A stretch of DNA of 64,000 bases from Monocercomonoides exilis PA203. Lineage: Eukaryota; Protista; Preaxostyla. Within the stretch, counting starts at the first letter, position 1. Each line of letters begins with the position of its first letter. Below are positions 36,089-46,490 of this stretch, in pieces. The notes beneath the pieces were generated by a model, which was given only the letters and a program-made list of their open reading frames with translations, had not been told where the DNA came from and searched no databases. The stretch is from positions 992,001 through 1,056,000 of the forward strand of contig LSRY02000005.1 in assembly GCA_001643675.2 (NCBI GenBank). Direction: 5' to 3'. The position numbers and the translations under genes are program-made.

Positions 36089-36907
36089 TAATTCTAATTC
36101 GAAAAAAAATAATTCAAATTCGAAAATTAATAATTCGAATTCGGAATTAATAATTCGAATTCGAAAAAAAATAATTCGATTTCGTAATTAATATTTCAAT
36201 TTCGAAAATTAATAATTTGAATTCGGAATTAATAATTCGAATTCGAAAAAAAATAATTCAATTTCGGAATTAATAATTCGAATTCGAAAAAAAATAATTC
36301 AAATTCGAAAATTAATAATTCGAATTCGGAATTAATAATTCGAATTCGAAAAAAATAATTCAAATTCGGAATTAATAATTCGAATTCGAAAAAAATAATT
36401 CAAATTCGAAAATTAATAATTCGAATTCGGAATTAATAATTCGAATTCGAAAAAAATAATTCAAATTCGAAAATTAATAATTCGAATTCGGAATTAATAA
36501 TTCGAATTCGAAAAAAATAATTCAAATTCGGAATTAATAATTCGAATTCGAAAAAAATAATTCAAATTCGAAAATTAATAATTCGAATTCGGAATTAATA
36601 ATTCGAATTCGAAAAAAATAATTCAAATTCGGAATTAATAATTCGAATTCGAAAAAAAATAATTCAAATTCGAAAATTAATAATTCGAATTCGGAATTAA
36701 TAATTCTAATTCGAAAAAAATAATTCAAATTCGAAAATTAATAATTCAAATTCGGAATTAATAATTCGAATTCGAAAAAAAATAATTCGATTTCGTAATT
36801 AATATTTCAATTTCGAAAATTAATAATTTGAATTCGGAATTAATAATTCGAATTCGTAATTTATTAATTCGATTTCGAAAAAGAATAATTCAATTTCGGA
36901 AATGAAT
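36089..36907. repeat. Minisatellite of 20-21 bp palindromic monomers (left arm of the foldback element)
   Basis: Monomers such as GAATTCGGAATTAATAATTC, GAATTCGAAAAAAATAATTC and AAATTCGAAAATTAATAATTC arranged in ~40- and ~61-bp higher-order units. Confidence 0.95.
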
Positions 36908-37421
36908 ATTTCAATTTCGAAATTCATTAAAAACGGAAATTTTTAATTTTTCTCGAGAATGGATTACAGAAAATTTCAAGATGTTTTTTAATCAATCAAA
37001 TATTATTCCTCAAATAACTGTTTTTTTTCAATAGTAATATGAATCTTATCAATTTTTAGAAATTTTTTTTCATTTTAGAAAATCATCACTGAAATGACAG
37101 AAATTTCAAAAAAATTCATTCTATTGAATTTCGAAATAAAATTAAAAAAAAAATTATCACGATTATTGAATTATTTCTTCACAATAATGTGATTGTTTCA
37201 TTGGCAAAATTTTGGATAATATCGGTTTTAAACATGAAAATGTATTTATTTCGTTTTCAAATTAACTTCAATCAATAAATCTTCATTCAAAATGAAAGAA
37301 AATTTTTTTATGAAAATGCATCATTTTTCTAATATTGATAAACAAAATATACTGATGAGATAAAAATTGAAAGAATTTAAAACCCCAAACACAAGTTATT
37401 CATTCCACAAATCAAAAAAAC

Positions 37422-37699
37422 ATTCATTTTCGAAATTGAATTATTCTTTTTCGAAATCGAATTAATAAATTACGAAATTGAATTATTAATTCCGAATTTG
37501 AATTATTTTTTTTCGATTTTGAATTATTAATTCCGAATTTGAATTATTTTTTTTCGATTTTGAATTATTAATTCCGAAATCGAATTATTTTTTTTCGAAT
37601 TCGAATTATTAATTCCGAATTTGAATTATTAATTTTCGAAATTGAAATATTAATTACGAAATTGAATTATTCTTTTTCGAATTTGAATTATTTTTGGTG
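37422..37699. repeat. Inverted, shorter copy of the same minisatellite (right arm)
   Basis: Reverse-complement monomers (GAATTATTAATTCCGAATT, GAATTATTTTTTTTCG). Confidence 0.9.
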
Positions 37700-37898
37700 T
37701 ATTTCATTTAAAAAATAAAAAATTGAAAATTTTTAAAATAAATAAAGGAATAAATATACAAACAAATAAAGATGAGATGGAAAGAATGTGAAATGTGAAT
37801 AAAGAAGAAGAAGAAATGAATTGTTAATTTAAAAAAAGCATTTTTCCAGCACAATTTATTTAAAAAAAATGAAAAATTGTAATTCTTTTAATCTTTTC

Positions 37899-39856
37899 TC
37901 ACTTAATTTCGTCATCGTCTTCTTCTATACGATCCTTAGAATCTTCCATCGAAACCACACAAAAGTCCATTTCTTTCTCATTTTTCTTCTTTTTCCCTCC
38001 AAAACTCATCAAGTCATCATCTTCTTCTTTTTCTCCTTCATCCTCCTCCTCCTCCTCTTCTTCTTCTTCTTCTCCCCTTCCAGCAGCTGATCTGCTTCTT
38101 ACCCCAACTTTGCCCACTTCACTCAGCTTCTTCTCGATTATTCTCTTCCAAATCGGATCGCGAATCAGAATGCGGTAGCGGTCTTTGAGCTGTGCGTCTG
38201 TCTTGCCCAAGTCAATCGTCTCATCTTTTGCTATCGCTGCCCAGCGTGTCCCGTGTTTGGAGATTCCTCGCAGAAGCAGCTTGTCTTCAACAGGCGTCCA
38301 GCGCTGTTTGTGAGAAAACATAAAAAATTTTTTATGATTGAAAAATTTGGAAATATTTTTAATAGAATTAATTAAAAAAATTTGTATATAATTTTAAAAA
38401 AGATCAGATGCAATGAACATTAAACTGAAAATTCATTTGAATTTCATTCATACTTTGCGATGTTCCACCTTTTCTTTGTTCCTTCCAGTCAACTTTTTTT
38501 CTGGAATCAATGTTTGAGGCATCTGCGAAACTGAAGAAAGAATTAAAATTTTAAAGAAATTAATATGTTTCAAATAATTACAGTTCAAAAATGTCAAAGA
38601 ATCGCAAATCCAAAATAAAGAAGATTATGTAATACAATCAAAATAATGGAGTATTTGGGTTTCAAACCTTTGACCATCGCGTTTTGCAGCGGTCCATCAA
38701 TGTCAAAATCAAAGTCAAATTCAAATTCGCTTTGTTTCTTTTCATTTTTTGGTTCTTGTTTGGTTTTTTCGTTTTCAGTTGTATTGCTTTGTTCCTTTCG
38801 GACTTTCTTTTCATCAGAATGTCTTTCCTTTTCTTTTTCTTTTTCTTTTTCTTTGATTTTGTTTATCTTTCTTTCTTTTTCTTTTTCGTTAATTTTTTCT
38901 ATTTTTCTTTCTTTTTCTTTTTCATTCATTCTGTTTCTATTAATTTCTCTTTCTTTTTCCTTTTCTCTTTGTGCACGCATCAACATTTCTTTGTTTATTC
39001 TTTGCTCTCTTTCTTTTCTAATGTTGTCTATCGGTTTTCGTCCATAGTACTTCATTGCCTGTATCCTCTCCTGTTTACTTACTAAATAAGGTTTAAATGT
39101 TTCCCCTTCAAATAGCTTTTGTGTTTCTTCCATTTTTTGAATCCAGTTATCTTCCTGTTCATCTTCTTTTTTATCATCTTTCATTTTATTGTCATCAGAC
39201 GAAGATTCTTCTTCTGAAACTCTCATTCTCTTTCTTGACTCAAAAGTTTTATTGCGTTTGTGATCTTTCTTTTGGCTTTGGATGGAAGCCTTTGTTAATT
39301 CAGACGAAAGAGACAAATCCGTTTCATCTTCGTATAAGCTTTCATCTGTAACAGATTCCTGATCTTCTTTTGAACTTTCGCTATCGTGATCATTTTCCTC
39401 ATCAATCAAAATTACTGAACGATCTGAAGAAGGGAATGATTGGCTTTTCCGAGTTTTCATATTGCTTTTAATTTGCTGTTGTTGTTTCACTTCTCTTGGA
39501 GTTGAGCTATTTGCACTTCTGTTTTGCAACTGTTCATTGTTGATTTTTGGTTGTTCAGAAACGGAAATGTCTTGGTGAACTTTTGGAGAACAAAGATTCG
39601 ATAATTCATCTCGATTTCTTTTTGCTTTTTCAGCTTGCATATCAGCAACGAGTATCTTATTTTCTTTGCTGTTTTCCAAAGTTGCTTGAAGATCTTCCTC
39701 GAGTTCGTTTAATATTGATTCGTCAATCATGATGGTTTCATTGTTCATCAGTTGCTCATCTTCTTTTGATTCTGATTTTTCTTCCACTTTTTCATTTAAT
39801 GTGGTTTCATCAACTTCTTCAATTTTTGACTTTCTTGTTTTTTTAGATTTTGGCAT
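37899..39856 (-). CDS. Telobox-type Myb protein (TRF-like) with long charged low-complexity N-terminus
   Basis: Large first exon (ORF 38594-39856, spliced near 38650), small middle exon about 38455-38530, and last exon RWTPVEDKLLLRGISKHGTRWAAIAKDETIDLGKTDAQLKDRYRIL. LKDRYR matches the telobox LKDKWRN motif of TRF1/2-type single-Myb proteins. Confidence 0.7.
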
Positions 39857-40166
39857 ATTTTTTTAAAAAACAATGCAAATACTAATGTAAAGTAAATACA
39901 ATATGTGAAAATTAAATATATAAATCACAGTCTCGTTGAAATAAAAAATAAACAGTCATACAACACTTAATAATTTAAATGATATTTGACATATATTTTT
40001 AGGGGAATTTTGATCATAAATCTATTTAACTTATATGTTCAAATAACATTCAACATTACAGCAACGCACTCGGCTTCAGCTTCATCAGAATTTTTCTCCT
40101 TCCATTATATAAAGTTGTAAAGTATTTTTGATATGTTTCCATGCTACAGTAATATTCTTGTTTTTA

Positions 40167-43100
40167 ATGAGCGCTGGAAAGTTTGAGGATCTTACAAAAG
40201 AACTTTCTGCTCTAGTTATAGAGCATAATTCTCATTTAAAAAGAAGAAAAACAGATTCTGAGAGAAACGACGTTTTTGATGTTATCGTGTGTGGAGGTGG
40301 AATAGGAGGATTAAGTGTTGCTTCTTTACTAGCACAGCTTGATCTTCATGTTTGCCTTCTTGAACAGACACAAAAACTTGGAGGTTTCGTCGGAAATGTG
40401 TGCTATTTGATGTTCAATTATGAGTTATTTTAATTTAAAAAAAGTTTACGAAAAGACTTAACATAAACGAACTTGGAGAAAAAGATTATACATTCGAGCA
40501 AACAACTCATTTTTTAACTCCAAATGCAGCTGTCGAGTTCATCAGAAAATACAATTCCGAAACGAAATCAATATTTTATACTCCTGAGAAATATTGCAAA
40601 GTTGTTGTCGGAAGCGGAGATAACTCCATAAGCATTGGGGATAATATTAAAAATGATCTTTCCAAAGCTTTTCCATATTTTGCCGTTTCTATTGAGAAAT
40701 TCATTTCTGCTTGCGATTCGAATGTAAAATTGTGGTCTCATATAATTACGTTTGCTTTTTAAAAGAAAAATGTTATTTATCAATGTTAATTTATTGTTAT
40801 ATTATTGTTATCTAATTTTTTTATCATTTTTTCACAAAAGAACAAGTTTGATCTGGGGCTTGTCAATGCTAGAGATTTTTTCAAAAGGTGTAGCTTCAGC
40901 ATCTTCCATGTTTAAATGGTTAAATGTGGAAGAATGGGCAAAGCCTTGGAGCGTTGCGTTGGAAAAATATTTTCCAACAAGTGGGTTGGATGAGCCAACT
41001 CTTGCTCAGCGTAAGCAGCTCATAACTGTATACTTGAAATTGTTAACGTTTAACTTAGTAAATAAATTTATATAAACAACTTATTTTTTATTAGTTTCTC
41101 AGCATTATTCCATCTATTGGAAACCTTCTTCCTCCAAGTCGTGTGGGTGCCTTGCAGGGACTGCTTTTCTTTGACTGCTGGTTGGGTGGCTTCAAGTGGA
41201 TTAAAGGAGGCACAGACGCTTTGATTCAGGAACTGAAAAATCCACTCAATAGAGGTCTGGTTGATTTTTTTTTTTTTTTCATTTTCCTTAAAAAAAAACT
41301 GTATTTCAAATTATTTCATTTTTTGAAATTTTTCAAATGAAAATAACTGACATGCACGACCATCCAAATGATCATCCTTTTCTGAACCAATTTTATGGAC
41401 TCGTCAGTCATTCCTGGATTAAGGAAACGCTACGGAAACATCAGGTTCGGATCTCATGTCGAACGAATTTTGATGGGTGAATTGAAGAAAAAGAAGAAGA
41501 AGAAGAAGAGAGATGATAAAGAGAAGAAAATGGAAAAAGCTGAAAGCTCTTGTTATCCTTCAAGCAGCGCGAATGGAGATGAAAGCGAAGGCGATGACAA
41601 AACAGTGAAGCAAAGAGCTATTGGCGTTGAATACGTGCAAACAACAGAAGACGAGAAAGGACACAAAAGTTTGAGATATTAAATAGTTTTCAATTATTAA
41701 TGCATTTTTTTCCTGTTATGTTCTTATTTCCTTCAAACAAATGGATAAATATGTTCATTTTCAAATACAAACATGGACCATCAACTGTTCCCTTTCTCCT
41801 CTCCTTCAACCTCTCCTTCCACTCTTCTTCCACTCTTCTTCCACTCTTCTTCCACTCTTCTTCCACTTTATTTCCTCATCGCCCAGCCACAACAACCCAC
41901 AAAGTGTATGGTTCCTGTGTAGTTTCCAATCTCACCATCCCTCGAACCATCGCTGCATGTGACTCGACTGATCCTTCCCAAATTGGCGAGTCCTTCAAAA
42001 AGCAGTGGAATTGGGACGAGACAGCCCAGCTGCCTCCGGTTCATGTAGACACAACGCCAATCGCCCCGACACACGGCTATTGCAAGCTGTTTATGGTGGC
42101 CAAGAGTCGGTTTGTGGGATAATAAATGTGATTTTAAAAAAAAAATATTTTTTATTAAGTATTCAATAATTAATAAAAGAAATTATTTTTCAAAAGTATT
42201 TTGATTTTTAATGTTCTTAATTCATTTTTTGGATAACAGTAACACTTTCTTTTCAAATTTTATATGGTAAATAATAAACCTTTTTTTTTTTTTGAATGTT
42301 TCGATTATTTGTGTGTTAAACAGCATTGAGCTCAGTGCATTGTTAGATGGATATCCTCAAGTCACTTTTGTCCGCTCAAGTGACTCTGAATCGTGGTTTA
42401 CCAAAGATCTTCAGTGGATTGTTCTATCTTGTCCTGATCTTGCAAAGGAAGCAGAGCAACCTCCTTCTTCTCTTTCTTCTTCTTCCACTTCTCCTTCATC
42501 TTCGTCGTCGTCGTCATCATCATCTTCTTCTTCTTCTTCAATTTCTTCCGATCCAGATTCCGATTCCCCCGTTTCTCTTTCTGCTCTGTTTGTCTGCCCA
42601 GAGGTCGATTTTTGCTCTCTTGCGCCTCCTTCCTCCGACGCCGAAGAAGCAACGCGCCCGCCAGAATACACAGAAGCCAAAGAGCAGATGTGCCAGCGCT
42701 GTCTCAACTGCCTGGAGAGCTTTGCCCCTGGCCTTAAAGCACAAGTGCAGTACTACGAAGGCGCCACGCCTGCCACGTTCCGCAGGATCTTCCACACGCC
42801 CCAGGGCTCGGCAATGGGGTTCCGGTCGCTGCCGGAGTCTTCCGTCGGGTTCCGCCCGTGCATTGCGCTGCCTCTGCACTCGCTATATGGCGTCGGCGCG
42901 TGGGGCCAGCCGGGGCCAGGGATTGGTTCGATCACAACAGGGAGCATTTTGTGTGCAACGGATATTGCAAAGAAATTCGCAGTGAGGTATTTCCCGCTCC
43001 CTGCGATTGAAGACGGGCAGGAAGAAGAAACGAAGAGCGATGAGCGGCTTGTGAAAAATGAATGTGACGATTTAGTCGATGAATCTGTTGCACAAAGTTC

Positions 43101-43311
43101 GCAAATTATTGCAATGGAAAATAAGGAGATGGAAGAAAAATCTTCAAAACTAGTTGAAAAAAGTGATGAAATGAAAAGAGAGAAAAGAGAGAATAAAAAT
43201 AAAATTTTTAATGATTTTTGTGAAGATGATGAAGCTGATGAGTCGGAAATTGATGAAAATGAACTAGATCGCGAATGGTGCGCTGCATATTTTGAAGATG
43301 AGGAAAGCTAA
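40167..43311 (+). CDS. FAD-dependent oxidoreductase of the phytoene desaturase (CrtI)/retinol saturase-like family
   Basis: Rossmann motif DVIVCGGGIGGLSVASLLAQ..VCLLEQ...GG; central WIKGGTDALIQEL; C-terminal GATPATFRRIFHTPQGSAMG and LYGVGAWGQPGPGIGSITTGS typical of the CrtI-like family. Multi-exon. Confidence 0.8.
41805..41868 (+). repeat. Short tandem repeat of ~CTCTTCTTCCA units, probably intronic in the oxidoreductase gene
   Basis: About five imperfect copies directly visible. Confidence 0.7.
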
Positions 43312-43792
43312 AACATTGATTGTTTTGTTTTGTTATTCTTGTTAATAATTTGATTATTTTTCATAATAAAAAGGAGTTTAAATAAAGCATTTAATCTTCT
43401 AAACAACTGAATTAATTTTGGTTGCAAAGATGGAGACAATATATATTTACATTTATTTCATAACAAAACAGGTAAATTATGACGCACAAATGATCTTTGT
43501 GGATATGCGTGTTGTTCATTTTGAAGCATTCTTTTTCATATTTTTTCAAAGAAATATAAATTTTTCGGTATTGAAAAAATGAGAATTTTTCTTTACCCAT
43601 TAAATTATTTTAAAAGTGTGTTTTGGGATTTATTGTTTTATGTGTTTAAAATTGATTTAAACTTTTAAATATATACGATCTCTTAATATACATGTTTTTT
43701 TCCTTTTATTATTAAAAATTTTTGAAATTATAGACTTCTCATTTGGAAGAAACATTAGTTTTTTCTGAATTTAAGAGTTGTTCGAAAGTTTC

Positions 43793-44399
43793 ATGAACGT
43801 TGTTGTGTCAATTCTTTACTTATTCATTGGAGTAATTATTGGATATGTTTTTACGGTAAAGTCAAAGCCTGCTCCCTCTCAGAATACAAATAAAGTGGAA
43901 GATGATAAAACACCAAAAAAATGCTCAAAAAAGGATTTTCCCCATTTCGATGCAAAAATGGTTTGTCATTGTTTGATTGTATTTTCTTCTAATTTTAGGC
44001 TTAAAGGTACTTGTTGCACGAAAAGATGTCAAAATGGATAGATCTCAAATTGGGGCTGAGTGTGGACGAGCGACACTTGAAACGTATCATTCAGCATCAG
44101 AAATAAGACCAAAATTGTTACATCAATGGAGGACTATTGCTCAAGCGAAAATTGTTTGTTCTGCATTTTCAGAACAGGAATTATTGGAATTATATAACGC
44201 TGCAAATGCTGATGAATTGCCAACTGGAATTGTGTATTCGTCTGATCCAACAAATTCTGCTCAAAAAATTCGTTTGTATTTTTGCTTTTGAATTCTTTAT
44301 TTCTTTTTCAAATTTTAATTTTTAGCAACGGTTATTGGTATTTTTGGACGAAATGACGAAGTTAATAAAATTACTGGAAAATTAAAGCTCTTTAATTAA
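43793..44399 (+). CDS. PTH2: Peptidyl-tRNA hydrolase 2 (Pth2/Bit1)-like protein with N-terminal membrane anchor; active site degenerate
   Basis: Exons 43793-43960, 44007-44271, 44326-44399. Hydrophobic N-terminus, then KMVLVARKDVKM, W....QAKIV and C-terminal PTVIGIFG...EVNKITGKLKLF, matching the Pth2 framework. Confidence 0.8.
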
Positions 44400-45693
44400 T
44401 GTTTAAAAGATTTCATTTAAGTGCCAATAAATATTCATTATTCCGATTTAATTCATAATTTTTGAGAAATGAGTTATCGAAAAAAGTTACAGACATGTCT
44501 CGTTTCTATTGATTATTCACTTTGCAGAAAACTCCTGAAACGTTATACTCAAAGTTTCAATCGCTGAATAAAGTATTTTCATGATTTTTGTTGTTTTTTT
44601 ACTTATTTAATTCAGAGCCATTGATTATGAAACTGTGAGGTTAACCAAAGTAGTAAATATTTTGTTCATTTCAATTTGATACAATAAATGATTATTCCCA
44701 GTGATTAAATGAATTTTGTTGTTTCAAATTGTTTTAACACATATTTTTAAATGATATAATAACGAAAATGAAGCGATGATGGTTTTAAGTCTGAATATGC
44801 TATCAAAAAAATGAATCTCATTTCAAGAGTCAAAAATCGCTCGCATAATTAAAAATGAATTCTTTCTTCAAATTTTCAAATTTTATATTTTCTTGTTTTT
44901 TCAAAAAAAATTTTATACTATTATTATAATTATTATTTTAAAGAAAATTTTATTACCTATTATAAATGGGTGATTAATTTTGAAATCATAACTTTTTTCG
45001 AGGCGTTGATTTTTCAAAGATTGTTTGTCAATGGGATGTGTTTTTGTATTCAGATGATAAAATTATCACAACAGTTTCAAAAACAAATGTTATAACCGAA
45101 TCAAAGATAAAAATGTCTTCAATATTCCTTTTCACTTTTCAATGTTCATTGGTTAATATTCAAGAGAAATTTTTGAACCGAATATTTTGAATGAAATAAT
45201 ATGGGACAAAATATTTGACTTCAGGCATTTTCATTGAAAAATTTTTCACTTTTCATTGACTTTTTGAGATAAAAAAACACAAAAAAAAAAAAAAGAGTCC
45301 GTTTTTTGGCATTTGTGAAATGTCACAAAACTTTATGTTTCGATTTCAACGATGTGTGTTTAAGGATATGAAAATCAAATTTGTTTCAAAATCTGATTAA
45401 GTTTAATAATGTTATGAGTGAAGCAATTTTTTTGTGCTTTGTGCAAAAAAAGCTTGAAAGTCCATATTTTCCCCCATATTCTTCAAAAATAATCACCCAA
45501 ATTGTCAATGAAATTTTTGAATGAAGTTAACACAAAAAAAGTTCAGAAAAAAATAGTATAATCACAACTTTGAAATCATGAGTTATTAACACTGCAATTC
45601 ATTCGTTAAAATTTGTCAGGTTTATATTTTAAAACTAGTTTCATAAAACCGCATAGGGGAAATTCAAAAAAACAAAACATTTTCCTTATTGGC

Positions 45694-46035
45694 ACTTTTA
45701 TTGTTTTGTTTATCAACAGTGAAAAGCATGTTATGGCTTTTAGCATTTTCATAAACATTTTTTATCTGTTAAATACTGCTTGTTGCTGATTCGTTTTTTC
45801 ATCACTGTTAATCATTTATCGAGTAAATGAGAAATTTTATTTTCTCAAACTTTCTTTTTTTGGTCAACAAAGCTTTTAAATAATATTTGTAATACACTTT
45901 CTTAAAATATGAATGATTAAAAGTGATTTGAAAAACGAATCAGCAACATGCAGTATTTGACTGATAAAAAATGTTTATGAAAATGCTGAAAGCCATAACA
46001 TGCTTTTCACTGTTGACAAACAAAACAATAAAAGT
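45694..46035. repeat. ~340-bp hairpin (MITE-like) with ~113-bp inverted arms
   Basis: 45694-45806 (ACTTTTATTGTTTTGTTTATCAACAGTGAAAAGCATGTTATGGC...ATCACT) is the near-perfect reverse complement of 45922-46035. Confidence 0.85.
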
Positions 46036-46038
46036 TTC

Positions 46039-46137
46039 AAAAAAGAAAAGAAAAGAAAAAAGAAAAAAGAAAAAAGAAAAAAGAAAAAAGAAAAAAGAAA
46101 AAAGAAAAAAAGAAGAAAAGAAAAGAAAAGAAAAAAA
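46039..46137 (+). repeat. (GAAAAAA)/(GAAAA)n purine tract
   Basis: Directly visible, immediately after the hairpin. Confidence 0.9.
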
Positions 46138-46425
46138 CGTTTCAATAAATAAGAAGACCAGTTAATCACATTTTCTTAAAAACATCATTTTTCTATTCAC
46201 AAATATATGGGTGATTATTTTTGAAATCATAACTTTTTTTTTAATTTTCATTTGCTAAATAATTAACATTCAAATGTCAAATGTTTATCAATCGTTTTTT
46301 TTTATAAACCGGTTGTAGGTGCAAATATTTGGAAGAGATATTTTTGGTTTGAGTTATCTCATGTCTGAGTTTTAAAACAAAAATCCAAAACGAAATTATG
46401 GAACCGAAATTTTTATTCCAAAAAA

Positions 46426-46490
46426 TACACCAAAAATATTTCAATTTCGAAAAAAAAAATGGATTTCGGAAATAATTATTCGAATTCATA
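46426..46490 (+). mobile_element. Degenerate terminus of the same foldback family
   Basis: TA|CACCAAAAATATTTCAATTTCGAAAAAA...ATTTCGGAAATAATTATTCGAATTC reproduces the 36078 terminus and a few decayed monomers. Confidence 0.5.

Larger units (their letters stand above)
36080..37699. mobile_element. Non-autonomous foldback-type DNA element with modular tandem-repeat terminal inverted arms and a TA target-site duplication
   Basis: Left end TA|CACCAAAAATAATTC (TA 36078-36079); right end GAATTATTTTTGGTG|TA (TA 37700-37701). Left arm 36080-36907 and right arm 37422-37699 are reverse complements at both outer and inner ends. The ~510-bp AT-rich core has no ORF. Confidence 0.75.

Noticed and set aside
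36534-36728. 64-aa ORF in the repeat
   Set aside because: Translation of the minisatellite; no coding signal.
36089-36907. CRISPR-like array or heat-shock-element array
   Set aside because: Monomers are contiguous with no unique spacers and no cas genes, in a eukaryotic context. GAA/TTC units lack the nGAAn 5-bp spacing of HSEs.
44469-44645. Tiny spliced gene downstream of PTH2
   Set aside because: GT/AG-bounded pieces exist, but the joins I tried give immediate stops; at best a relic.
45971-46169. Lys-rich and Phe-rich ORFs
   Set aside because: Products of the GAAAAAA microsatellite.
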